From NCBI RefSeq assembly GCF_964204865.1, contig NC_135250.1:32550001-32614000 (forward strand): 64,000 nucleotides of DNA. The letters run 5' to 3'. The first letter of the stretch is position 1; every line of letters begins with the position of its first letter. Under the pieces are notes generated by a model. That model was not told where the DNA came from. It did no database searches and saw nothing but the letters and a program-made list of their open reading frames with translations. Origin of the DNA: Styela clava (taxonomy: Eukaryota). The position numbers and the translations under genes are program-made. Positions 1 through 18,604 of the stretch are shown one piece after another.

Positions 1-368
1 GGTTCGATATTTGATTATCGAACACCCGTAAAACTACTTTTTACAGTAAAGATATATTTGCCATGGTACGGCACGCAGCTTTGTTGAGACGCACCGACAA
101 GAAACCATCTAATTCTAGATACTCGGGGGCTTATCTGAGCTCCTGGAAAATGTGAAAACTGACAAATCCTAATCGATAATAAGGCCAAAGTAACATCAAA
201 GAGGCCCTGGTAAATGCTCTGCAAAAGTGATGAATCAAAATGCTTAGGACCAGAGTCAGACCGGTGAAGCACAGCTACACCTAGAACTTCAGATTATCAT
301 AGTTATTGTTAAATATAAGTTAATTAAATGATTATTTTTCACTACATAACATACTACATATTTTAAAG

Positions 369-2995
369 GTTTGGCATCAAAGATCAGCACGTGCGGGCCA
401 TGCACGTTCGATGGCTTCGATTTCTTGTGGTCGTGGTTCTCAACCATATGGTGCCTTGCTGCAGCTGTTTCGTTCGCTTTAGCTTTTCCCAGAGTACACC
501 CACAGTAAGTTGTTAGAGTTTATGAATAGTATTACCAATTCCCAGTTGAATGGCAATACATACTCGAAAGTGGGATGCCGGCTATCATTGGACTGCTGCT
601 GCTGAGAATATATTGAAAAGTAATGTGTCAATGCATAACAGCGTTCACGGTGGAGAAATTAAATCATTATAGATTAGGTGATATATCCACGACATACTTA
701 ATAGGAGTTCAATGAATTTGGTCAACGTGCATGTAGCCACCCATCTGCGAATATTACTTTTTCCGCAAGTACCTGCATTCATTCAGACAATACGAATATT
801 CCTCAAAAATTAGGGATGAATTTACAGTCTGACATGGATTACTGCAGTCAATTTAATTTTGTTTTTACAATTATTATTTATCCAATTTTCACAAGTATAA
901 AATAATCTACTCCGTTGAGTGGATACAACATTGACTCATTGCGTTTATCCACCTCTCTCACAGATCAAGATGGCACAGTGAACTTATCGCCGCTGTCATA
1001 TTTGCGTTTCTAACCGGGATCGCTTACGCCGTAGAAGCCTACATATTGAAGGATAAAGCACCAGCTAATGTTGGTGAGTGGAAGCGTTTATATGTTAAAC
1101 TTTGACCTTTAGAGAGTGATTAACTATGACTGATAAAGCAGAATGTATCACTAGTGAAATATGGATAATTTGATGCAGAAATCGGTCATTTTTTCCACAA
1201 CAAATCCTATTGTGAAATCAATTGTATTTACGCAGTAAAAGATTTGTAAACATTTGATAACATGCATTGGCGTCAACGCTTTCTATTCCTTAATAATTAT
1301 AGTTTTCATGAACAACCACGAACACGCGGGGAAAAAAAAACCTTGGTGGTTAATTCAGGCGTATATATATGTGCTAAAGTTCGTTATAAGAGGTATAAAA
1401 AGTGAATATTTACAACATGATATTTCTTTACCGAGCGATTCCCAACAAGATTCATTCAATTTTGTTAAAAAGTTCTCCATTCCCGGTTTAATATCGTTTT
1501 TATTACCAAACTGACTAAGCGACACCGAAACCTTAGGAGTTCCCTCTTGGATATATCTTATTTGGTACAAATGATAAATCAGAAAAATGACGATTTACGG
1601 CATGATTACCATGTGTATTTTATCCACTGATTCCCAGGTTACATCGCAACTAGAAACGGTTGGTTGAAGACAGTGATCGTCGCACTGGGGGCTGCTGCAT
1701 TTGGTTTGCTCGTCGACTCTGGATACAGCTGGTGCGGACGAAACGGACCGTAAGTGCTGGATTAAATTAATTAAATGTGAAAACTAAGCATGACGCGTTA
1801 CTCACATCTGATAAAGCATTCTTCAGAATGGTTGCCGTTCCCAGGGTCGTAATAAACTAAATACAACCATTATCAGTGCAGCAACGTTTGATTCCAATTC
1901 TGGACAATTACACGTTTGAATAGACTTTGCATTGCTGCCCTCTCCTTTATGGACAAAAATGAATTACTACACGTGGCCATCCGAATCTGGATTATTTTAT
2001 TTCACCCCGGTCAATCTCCGCAAAACCACATTTTTGGATTTGGAACAAAACTTTGACAAATACGACACTTTTTTGTTATTATGAACAAACTTCCACTGAT
2101 GAAAGGAGTTTGGGTAAATTTGTGAGGAACCAAAATCTTTACGGCTCAGAATTACCTAGACAATTCGGCGAGTTCAGTTCTGATGATTCATTAATCGAGA
2201 TATTCTCTTCCGCAGGTGCAACGCTGGAGTTACTTTCGCATTGGCTGCCTACATCGTCGGATGGGGAATCACCGTCATTATTTGGTTGCTGCATATCTCC
2301 GGGCTTGTACAAGGGTGAGTGTCTTGAACTTTTGACCTAGGATAGCAGGAAAGTCTAGACGAAGTTTGCGCATACTAACAGCGGCTTTCAACCTATTTCG
2401 ACATATTCATATTGGATCTCTTTATTTTTCCTCACTTTTCACAAAAACTATGTTTCCGATATATATCCATGACTAAAAGAATGCCGTGTCTCTTCTACCC
2501 GCTAAACTTTTCTGCTGCCCTTGGTGAGTTTCTGATATTAATTCCCTAACTTCAAAAGCAATTCGGGTTGCTTTACATGAAAATAAATACCTGGAGGTTG
2601 AATAGGAGTGAAATGTTTGCATTATTAAATAAATTACTAAACTAAGCAACAAACTCCTCCCTAATGCATGCTGCCGGGAACGACTGACCTGCCCCTGCTT
2701 CTACCAATCCGAAATATAAGTTTTGCCAACAATCGCCTCGCACGTCATTACCAAAATATGTTTCATTTCTTTTAGAAATCGTCAGAGCAACTTAAACAAG
2801 TTCGAATTCATTTGGTCAATAGTTTGTGTTCTGCTGTTCTGGAGTGCTTCGGTGTGTTTTGCAGTTTACATGGTTTGCAGAGGAAATGATTTCCAGAAAT
2901 ATCGGCAGTGTCACCTCAGATTAGCAGGAGTTATCATTGGATTCGTAACCGGTGTGCTGTACATTATCGATGCGGTGTTTCTAAAGCGTGCCTAA
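369..2995 (+). CDS. MYADM-like double-MARVEL-domain membrane protein, copy A (5'-partial; first exon upstream of window). Exons 369-504, 964-1073, 1638-1749, 2216-2314, 2776-2995
   Basis: All boundaries GT-AG with continuous frame: ..DGFDFLWSWFSTIWCLAAAVSFAL..AVIFAFLTGIAYAVEAY..GYIATRNGWLKTVIVALGAAAFGLL..LAGVIIGFVTGVLYIIDAVFLKRA*. Hydrophobic helices of MARVEL type. Last four exon lengths (110,112,99,220) are identical to copy B. Confidence 0.88.
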
Positions 2996-5900
2996 GATAA
3001 CATGCATGGACTTGAATTGCTTTGGCTTGAATTCTCGTCCTCGATCATTTTTCAATCTAGATCTTTTACGTTAATATCTATTCATTCTATGTTATTTGAA
3101 AATTTGTTCTGTCGTACATTATTGAATCCGGCAAATTAGTCACTGAAGAATTTGAATTACGAAGTGTTCCCAAAACAAATTTAGCAACGTTGTTTATATC
3201 ATAAAGAATGACAAGTGTATTTTATGCATATTTTGTTCAAAAAATAGATAATTTGAAACCCATGTTATCAATACATTACTTGAAACAATCGCGTTGACTT
3301 TTTATAAAAATTAGAATAATATTTCAAACAAATTGAACGGAATGAAAATAGTCACCTGCGCTTCTACGTCCGGTTGATCTACAACAGCCTGTTACGTGCT
3401 CATCATTTGTTGCATGATTTAATTATTTCGAAAAATTGACACCAAATTAAATGTATAAATGTATGATTTGATACGTAGATATTAAAAACTCTTTTAATAA
3501 AAACTATTTTAATACTTTTGTTGAAGATGCCAATAGACACAAAGTTCATGCGAGAGCTAGGACCATGGCTGTATCGTATTCTACGTTCGGCTTTGCCTGT
3601 ATTTGGAATTTACATTAAGACGAGATAACAATAAATGTAATTTGGCAATATTCCTTTATTATTTTTAAACCAACGCTTTGCTGTAGTTCCATCAAACAAA
3701 CTTGAACTTGTTTAAAGATATAGTGAATACAAGTTTCTTTGTTGAGATTTTACGCAGTGATATGAAATGGCTTTTATAACCTGCATTCCGCCGGTTAAAT
3801 TTCCCGGGGGAGATTTCATTGTACGTGATGACAGATACGAGTTAATATTCAAAGGACTATAAAGTGTGTTTAGAGTTGCCAACGGGCTCATTTAAACAAC
3901 ACTAAACAACATTTCAACAACAGCCATGAAAACTGCGCAATTTGCCATTGGTACTGTTGCACAAGTACTGCTGTACATTTTGAGAACCAGTATTTTTTTA
4001 AGTCTCAGCCTCAAGCATGACTCGAAAATTAGTCTGCAAGATGTTTATCAAACTGTGTTGAAAGCATTTTAATCAGCCATGATTTTCGCAATACTACACC
4101 AAACGTTATATTCGTACCGTGAGCACTGTCCCGCCGCTTATTGTAAGTGGCCAACTCTTCTATAGATGGGCCTGACCCCTTTCTAATTATGATCACCACG
4201 TGACTCGTGCGTTCAAGTGTTACTCAATGCGGTGACGACATGAGTCTGGCCACAAATGGTTGTCACCACAACTCATCTCCACACTCAACATTTCCCTGCG
4301 GATCTATATGCTTCGGATATGAGATTTTTATCGAGGGCGGGTAAATGATTGACAAGTTAAATTTTCGCTTTTTCTGAAAAGTAAAATCACTTTTACAACC
4401 GATCCCGCCTAGCAACTGGGTGTAATAAATATTTAGGAAAGAATAATGAGACTGTTGTAAATAATCATAAATTTTATCGATATTAACGAGTTACAAAAAT
4501 CCACAGGATCGAAAGGCCGCAATTATATTTGTTCAATTATTAAGCTTCTCTTTGCGGATTGTTAGTCACGTAATCAAATAAATGTGGTGACATCATAGCT
4601 GATGACATCACTACTTTACGATTGTTTCGAAATCGCTTATCAAACCAGATTATACATTCAACAACCGGGAATTATATCCAATCCAGGGTATCTAAAGAAT
4701 GACCGACGCGCAAGTAATAACATGTCGAGGATGTCACTCGAGTAGGGCTTGGCATTTCCGAATACCTGATGATTTCAGAATCGAATCGAATCTCAAAAAC
4801 TTGCATGTGACGACTTGTAATGGGTTCTTTATTCAAACAAATTACGGAAAACATAAAATCTAGCACTCAGACAAATCGCTGAGCTACTCTTGGCAATGGC
4901 ACAACTTATGACAGTGTAATAAAGCGAGAAACTCTAGCCATTGTGAAGTGTTTTGGGGCCTGTGAGTGCGACATAAAGGCTAATAACACTGACTCTGGGC
5001 CATATTCGGAGAGAGGCAATGACGAATACACTCATAAACTGTTGATATAAATACCAACGAATTCAAAGGTATTTTGGGGCCGAATCGAAACTGAATTGAT
5101 GACCTAATATTCCTGGTTGATTGCAATGTCTTTGTTGTCTTATCAACGACGAATTGTTCTCTTTATAACATCATAAACGTCTCGCAGGCGAAACAAGCAA
5201 ACAGGGCGCGGCCGCTTGATATATTTGCTTTCACTTAAGAAGAATTTGATCAGAAGAATCCCAGAGCCGTCCACTGTGCATGGAGCACGTGTGGTCGATG
5301 AATAACTGACTAATGTGAGAATGTATCGTACATGGCTGTCACTGACTATGACGACATTAATTCAGACAAATATGACGGAAGCGAAATGTTTTATAAATTT
5401 AAATTGTTTGTCATTTATCACGTGTGGCTTTCGATAAATATCACATATTTACATATGGCCGAACATAGAACAACGAAACGTAATGTTTTATTTGTCTTAG
5501 TAAATCATTAATTAGGGCACGAGATAGTATCAAGCCTCGGAACTGAAATGGTGTTTTGGGAATGCCGTCCAGCCCTGACAAGGCAGGGACGAAGTTCCAA
5601 GCAGTGTCAAGTGTGCGCAGTATTAGCTAGCAATACGTGGAATATATATATTTTGCTTGGTTACATCTAATTTTGTTTTAACTTCAGTTGTTGAGGCTAG
5701 TGTTATTTCCGATATTTGTTGGGCCCGACAGACTACTACATCGCCGCAGTAAAACCAAAATAACTTATCGCATCACATTTTTCAGAAATTAATTTTTTCT
5801 GATCTTCTGACGTTATGAAGGTGGGGAGGTGAAATATAAGCCTCTGATACAATTCCTTATGGAATCAAATAAAGAACAGCAGAAAAGTAACAACTAGCTT

Positions 5901-6610
5901 TACACAAAAGTAGCCTGTATGAAAGTACTACTACAAAATAAGTACTAACCTCCGCCTCGTCAAAGAAGGTGGCACATCTCAGAATAAGCTGTACGTAGCA
6001 AAGGAAACGCACGCGTTTTTCATCAATGATGGAGATCTGTGAAAAATAATATGAAAATCAAAATGCTTGCTTATAGGGTTCTTGTGAGCCCCCCCCCCCC
6101 CTCCTTTCAATGTAAAAAATGCATTTTCTGTATCATAAATAAAATTTTTCGGAGTTTGAAATGATTATTAGACCCCATGTCTGCTGAAACCCCACGTTAT
6201 TTGGCGTCCGGTAATGGTCTAGCTTGGCAATACGTAATTTCATTTTGACGAAGTACAATCTAGGAAAAATTGAGGAGCCTCAGAAACGTTGTGCCCCACA
6301 ATTGAATTTTTGCGAGGCAGGGGGAGGAACAAGCATGTTTCACCCCCATTTTTAGACACCCCTGTATATTGCGAATACATACTAGAGATGTTGACCTAAC
6401 AGTCTAAATCTTACGTATCAAAGTTTTTAGTTTGGTTTGATATAATAAGGCCCTCGTCGATATTTCAGTTAAATCGAGGATTCACATTACCCAGTGATAT
6501 GTAATTCTATGCCATTCCATACTTCATAAACTCGCAGAGTAGATGATAATGTTTGATGAGATACTGCACATTCATTTCCAGATTTTATCAATTGTCTAAC
6601 AAAAAATAAG

Positions 6611-9600
6611 ATGGAGGACGGTCTAAAATACGTCATCAGTAAAGAAGGAATAATTAAATTCATCGTCATATTGTTCGGCTGCGTCACATTCGCGCTCCTA
6701 GCGGACACCGGTTATTATTATTCGACTGAAATGAAATGGGTTCTGGCTGCTTTCATCATTTCGTTTTCATTATCTGTGCTGTTCTACTTCTTCCGTCTTA
6801 TAAGTAAGTCAAATTTTCAATTTTTTTTTGTCAAATCGGTTACGAAATATACAAATAGATTGTTCAACAGAATTTATGTTGTTGTTATATATATGTTGAA
6901 ATATCGCTTTTCATCGCAGTCAATGGCAAATTTTCAGTACTCGGTATGGAGTTGCTATAAGACCAGTATTTTTTATTTTTCTATGAACTCCGGGGCACAA
7001 TATTTCATCAAAATTTTTCTGCTTATTTTAACTCGCCGGAACACTTTTATGGCATATGGGAACATTCTAATGCAGTTGTCCTCAAACTTTTTAAGCCCCC
7101 TTTCAGAATTTGTCTCGAACCCCACCGCAAAAATGACTTGCTGAAAATTAGCAGTTATAAATAACAGATAGTAAGACGAAAGTATGTCTTATTCAAAAAA
7201 CACGTGGATGGAACGTCATTTCCAAAAAAGGCGAGCAAGATTAAATCTAACAAATATTTTTATTTAGCCTTACGCCCGATCAAAAATTTGTCTACGCCCT
7301 CTTGTGTGACAAAATCCACCGTTTGAGAAGCACTGCTCTAATGACAAATGGGGACATTCAGATTTGATCTCCGTGCTCGTACATCTAAGCATTGCTATCC
7401 TGCTTTGAATTACCGAGAACAAAATACGTTAACGATCGCAAAATGATATATTTCAGAACTTGCACCGAAGATGAATTGCGGAGGTCCCTTCTCTTATGAC
7501 GGATTTGATTTCCTCTGGGCCTGGTTTTCAACTATCTGGTGCCTCACTGCTTCCATCGTTTTCAGCATGCATTTTCCAAAATCAGAGTGAGTGAAATATC
7601 ATCAAGAACGCGCCCGAATGTGGGTTTATGGTATCATCTTGTCTGTTGCGGTGACAGCGAAGTCTTTTCTCAGGCGATATATTGTTGTCTGCTTCAAAAA
7701 TTTATGGCGTAAAGTCGTAAACAAAAAAAAATCCTATTTTCTCATCTTCATTCACGCAACTTAACGCGTATAAGTCATAACTCGCTTGAGTCCATTTTCG
7801 CAGCACTAGCAATCCTGGATGAACTATTTGGGAAGCAAGTTGATGAAAAGGCCTAATATGTGTGTTTTTGTTTCATTCAGTTTCTACAAATACGGAGAAG
7901 CAATCGGGAGCATCATATTTGCCTACTTGACTGTCATAGCTTACGCTGTCGAAGCTTTCTTCCTGAGACTGTACGCTCCGGCTAACATAGGTAAGACTTC
8001 AATGCAGAAGAAGAACAAAGCTGGTATCTACCAGGAAGCAACTTCGAGAACCCCTGGCTCTTTCACTATGAGCGTTCCCACATTGCGTATACCGGAGAGA
8101 CAGATCGGGGTATAGTTGTTGAACTGGTACCACTACTAGGTGTTTGCCGAAACCTTAATTTGAGCAAACATTCGTAGCCGATCAATGAGAATGTTGACGA
8201 TACATATAAATTTACCATCGCGACGGAGGCGTCATTAAACACTGATTAACGCAAGACTTGAAGCATTTCACATTACTCTGGCAAAAAAAAAAATTGCATA
8301 GAGTATATTCCCACTTTTTAGAAAATTATTCAGAAATTAAAATATCTTTTTTTATATACGGAATGTATAATAATACGCTCGATCCAACACAATATAGAAA
8401 CACCAAGGTTGACAAATTTGTACAAATGCTTCACGAGCAAACATATTTAATAACATATTTCAGACATAATATATATAATAATATACATAATAAACATATT
8501 TCAGATTTATTAAGGAAATTGTCACATGCTGTAGGGATTTTGAGTAAAATTCATAAACTCCTCCCCACTCAAGTTCTGCGTATGATATACTTTGTACTCT
8601 TTCAGTCCCATATACAATATGATTTGGTGGCATGGGGATACTCGGCTACTAGCAAATTGTCAAAAATGATAGAAATTCTACAAAATAAAGCTGTGAGAAT
8701 ATTATCTAATTCTCCACCTCGCTCCAGTTGTACCCCTTTATTTGCTAAACTAAAAATACTCAAATTCAAAGACTTGTGTCTTTTTAAAGTTGCAAAAGTA
8801 ATGTATCAATATTCATCAAATTTATTACCAAGAGCTTTTGATAATTATTTCACGGCACAGTCTCATGTAAATAGCCACCACACTCAATCATCAGCCCAAT
8901 GATCTTTTTTTGTTTCAAGATGTAAATCAAAGCGGACACAAAGCGCTCTGAGATACACCGGGGTAAACATTTGGAATGACTCACCTCCTAGCATCAAAGC
9001 CTCAACATATCCAAATTTCAAAACTCAGTTACGCAACTATTTACTATCCTTATATTTTTCATAAATGTGTGTTGCATTTCCCTATATCATAGTTTTATTT
9101 CAGTGTCTCCTAGACATGATTCTGTGATTGTTGGTCTTTAATATTTCTTCATGTACATTGAGATATTTTACTGTCATGCAGACGTCTTTTCTCGTTTCAG
9201 TACTGGTATTTATTCCTTTGGTATCGTACTCTTTCTAGTCCTTACTTAATATGTATTGTCCAATTTTTTCCCAGAAACGCTAACCAAAGTGTGCCTGAAC
9301 AGCACCGCTTCGAAATAATATAGGGGGAAATCCCAATTCTATAAACAACAAGGTTTATTATTGCCTTGCAGCGTCATCTTGGGGCGATGCTGTTCTCGCA
9401 TAAAAACGTTTCGCGCTGTGCTAATTTTGTAGCCATAAGTTTTAAGCTATTTAAGGTTGCCGCTGACAAGTAGACCGAATGGTCATTTCGCGGTTATCCC
9501 GTCATTCTGTACAAATTTTTTTTTATTTTTCTTGTTTTCATTTTGTTATATTTTATCGGAATGACAAATAAAAAACGATTTGATTGATTCTTTTTATGTT

Positions 9601-11218
9601 TTAGGTTTCGTCGCCACAAAGCCAGGCTGGATCAAGACAGCAATTGTCGTCTTCGGTGCAGCAACATTTGGTCTCATGGTCGAATCGGGGTACAACTGGT
9701 GCTGGTGGGAGAAAAGGTATATAATATATCAATATAATCAAGGTGTATTTAGATGCAACTAGGTCCCAATGATGTTTTGTACAAAATCACTGTCAAATGG
9801 GATTAGTTTCTGGGATTGGGATGGGATTTTCACTCCAGTAAATGATACTGATATTTTACTCGCCATTGGTTCTCGGATTAAAAGGATCAAAAATCGTACC
9901 GGTACCTTAGAACTTGACAAGTGCCCCATTGTAACGTGTTTAATCAACTTTAGTTAAGTAACCGATGACAATAAACTTATCCTGAAGCAAAAATGCCGCA
10001 AGGATGCTATTGATCGCTCACTCCCTGAAACTGATATCAAATTCAACTAATGTCGAAAAGTAGAGCAGGCAAACAGCCCTTCCCAGATACCGGTCATGCC
10101 GTAATATCATCTCACTCACCTAACTCATTCCAGTAAAAATCCGCTATAGACTTCAGAAAATTCTTTTTGAAATGTTGTAAATAATAACATGGTAGCATCG
10201 CAACAAAGGATACTACTATTTCGTGCTTTCAGAACCGTTCCCTGATTTTTATAACTGTCTACTACTGCGGCTGCAATACAACTCGAATAATTGCATTCCT
10301 AGATCTTTAGCGTGGATCAAGAGCGCCACCTTACGAATGTTCAAGTTATTTTGCAAACTTCGATATCTTTTATTAATTAATTAAGCTTATTCAACCAGGT
10401 AGATATACAACTTTTTATTATGCACTCATATAAGACGATCGTTTGGCTTACGCCAGGTTACTAGGCTGGTTTGGGTATAGTCAATATTGTTCCACAGACA
10501 AGGATCGTTCAGAAAATTCAAATTCAGAAAAGTAAGAAACGAAGTCTCCTGATTATCTCAAAAATATAAATTCCTAACCCTCTACTTTTTCTCGTAGTTG
10601 CGATGCGGGAACAACGTACGCATTGGTCGTCTTCTGTGTGGCTTGGAGCGTCACTACGTTAATGTGGATAGGACATATGGCGGCTCCTAAAGGAAGGTAA
10701 ACCTTGTAAAATTTTCTTATTTAGTTTATTGTCTCAAATAGCCGAAAAATAATAAATAATGAGAATTATACAACATGTCGCCAAGCATTCCAGATGTTTT
10801 AATTTCCAGCTCAGGGATGATTGCGTACATGGTGCAGTAAGGGGGAAACGGTACTTAACAGTTTGAAAATTCTAGCCCATCACTATTTCCCATAAAATTT
10901 GACCCACGCAGAGTTATTGGATGCGTCATGACAAGAGTATCTCCAGCACGAAGCACCAATTGTCAAGTCTAATGCCAACCAACTGTCATCTTTTACAGCA
11001 TCGAAGGATCGCCCGCTTTTCAAAAAGTCGAATTTGTTTGGGCAATTATCGGAATCCTGTTTTTCCTGAGTGGAGCGTCGTGTTTTGCAGCGTACATGGA
11101 TTGCAGTGGCAATGATTTCGACAATCTTCCAAAATGCCAGAAGAGACTCACTGGCGTCATAGCAGGATTTCTTGTTGGAGTTCTTTACCTGGTAGAAGCG
11201 GTCATGCTGAAGCCGTAG
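6611..11218 (+). CDS. MYADM-like double-MARVEL-domain membrane protein, copy B, 287 aa. Exons 6611-6803, 7457-7586, 7881-7990, 9605-9716, 10598-10696, 10999-11218
   Basis: Exon sum 864 nt = 288 codons, ATG to TAG, all GT-AG. Two MARVEL starts (KYVISKEGIIKFIVILFGCVTFALL and GFVATKPGWIKTAIVVFGAATFGLM) and about 8 TM segments, as in MYADM. Confidence 0.9.
8491..9589 (+). mobile_element. 5'-truncated LINE (CR1/L2/Crack-like) 3' fragment in intron 3 of MARVEL copy B
   Basis: ORF2 C-terminal motifs KLSHAVGILSK..IYFVLFQSHIQY..AWG..ILQNKAVRI..PLFAKLKILK..YTGVNIWN. In-frame TGA at 8900-8902, ORF stop at 9064, then a 3' UTR ending AATAAA plus (TTGA)n tail. Confidence 0.8.
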
Positions 11219-12536
11219 TAACTTGAAATATTGAAAATACAACCACTCGCACAAATCCTCCAAAATATAAGACAAAGGAACTAGGCCTGCATATGCCGAG
11301 CACCGACAGAACCAGCCATTTTTTTCATAAGCGTTTCTGTCACGACTAGTTAGTTACTTGTTTCATATATCTGTTCTCTACTAATGAGTTTTTAGATTGA
11401 TAATTTGCATCTGCACTCACTCCAATTTGCTTTATTTTATGACGAGGTATGACATGTTTTTGCCAGGTACCGGTAGCCAATTTTGAAATAATTTCGTGTT
11501 TGTATCGAATTATAGCGTAGGGCATTTTTTTCTGCTGTGAATTGGTCTTTTTGAAAAAATAAACTCGTTTATTTCAAATCCTAGTGTGTAATTATCCATT
11601 CCTTTGGGTTGAAATTTCACAACCTACCGCAATAAATTTAATGCATTATGTTATATTTGTTGTTTTCTATTGAGGTTTACTGATAACGTTGCGCGCACAG
11701 GCGCAAAAATAAACGGAAGCTCAATTCATCATCAATAAGTTTAGAACCGATTAAGAAATCAGGTGACTACATGTACTCCCATTTCGACTTTAAAATACTT
11801 TCTATAACTTCTAATTTGCCTTAAAATATTATTTATCATCTGATGACTTGAATTCGGGAACTCCTTGGAACATTTTCAACCCAATAGAAGCTTCAACTAC
11901 AGGGTATATTTCGACATTCCACACAGTTTTTTTTTTTTCAATTATAGCATGCACATGATTAGAAAGTTTTGAAAACTCTGCCATGCGCTTTCTCAACTTC
12001 ACAAGTTTTCACCCAGACTACTCTACCCTACCCCACATCTTCATTCATCCAACTTGGCATTCGGCGACTCCACAGCTAGAATAGGCGCGAAGATATTTTA
12101 CTCCTGTGAACTAATTCGATATCCTATTTGGCAATCCTCATAAAACCATTCACGGCGAGGCAAAATGTCTTTTATCTATTTTTCTTTCCTACTAGCCGTT
12201 TCTCTTCTGATCTCATATTTTCTCGGTGTATGTTTGTTTTAAATAACTCAACAATTTTGGGTGAGCGGACACCTACCACTTCTTTTATCAATACCTTTCA
12301 ATCTAAAATTTGTACGTTTTGAACCTTACTGAAGGTTTCGATTGCTCTTCCGATTTCATAAACAGCTTGATTTCTTTTGTTATTATCAATTATTAAGTCT
12401 TTTATGCCGATTACGTAGTCAAAATGAACCTATACTTTAACCATAGAAGTCGACACCTAAGAACAGAAATGTTCTGTACAAGCAGCCTACTCACAACACA
12501 CTGAAAATCAGAAGTCATTTTCGCATTATTTTGATT

Positions 12537-12542
12537 TTTATT
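12537..12542 (-). terminator. Likely polyadenylation signal (AATAAA) of RPS18
   Basis: AATAAA on minus strand about 16 nt after the RPS18 stop codon; short 3' UTRs are typical of RP genes. Confidence 0.6.
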
Positions 12543-12558
12543 GTCAATATAACATACT

Positions 12559-17955
<5,397 letters not shown>

Positions 17956-17982
17956 GACCACAGGCAGCTACGAAACTTCTCC

Positions 17983-17990
17983 AAAAAGAA
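17983..17990 (-). promoter_or_regulatory. TCT core promoter motif / 5'TOP start of RPS18
   Basis: Minus strand TTCTTTTT about 30 nt upstream of the ATG matches YC(+1)TYTYY; predicted TSS near 17988. Confidence 0.7.
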
Positions 17991-18258
17991 CGGTATAGCA
18001 AAATCATTCAACCAAATCAAAAACGGGTGGTGGCAGAAGACGTAATTATTAAATCCGGAAATATACAGAAATTTGAAATAGGAATATATTTTGTTGTAAA
18101 ACTCGCGACAATAATAACCAGTAATGTAATATTCAGAAAAACAGTGAAAATCTTCCGATTCCTACTTTAAAAAAATTTGAATATAAATAATCTTCGAGTA
18201 GTATCCTAATTATCGATTTCCGGCTCTTTTTTTATTCTGGATCCCCGACCTGCCTACC

Positions 18259-18604
18259 AGGATAGGATAGGATAGGATTTACATATTTATCCCGGGGGAG
18301 AGGAAAGCCGATAAGACGGCTTATCCATATGGCGAACCACGGCCTCTCGTCCGGTTACCATTCCAAGTCGGGTATGGGATTAGTTTTACTGTATTGTTTG
18401 TTTTCGGAAGCATGAACTTGGTGGTGGAGGAAGCCGTAACCGACCAGCGGTTACGTGAACCACCCAACGACGGCGAGGAGTCCAGCAATCCTCTCGCACA
18501 TAACCATCCCTGCATGGGATTCAAACCTGCGAACCCACGCAGAGTAGTTAGAGGTGCGGTGGCGAGCGTATTCCTAACGCTTAGCCCGTTGAGCCACACC
18601 GCCG
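18259..18604 (-). mobile_element. Full-length tRNA-derived SINE with (CCTAT)n tail
   Basis: Minus strand begins CGGCGGTGTGGCTCAACGG (A box) ... GGTTTGAATCC (B box); GC-rich body; 3' (ATCCT)n tail; several decayed copies elsewhere in the window. Confidence 0.85.

Noticed and set aside
6804-7144. C-terminal extension of the 177-aa ORF 6611-7144
   Set aside because: Intron read-through past the A|GTAAGT donor at 6803; the homologous coding sequence resumes at 7457.
10883-11275. 130-aa minus-strand ORF
   Set aside because: Antisense shadow of the last exon of MARVEL copy B.
18520-18604. Possible tRNA gene
   Set aside because: A and B boxes present, but no clean cloverleaf and it continues into a repeated SINE body and tail.
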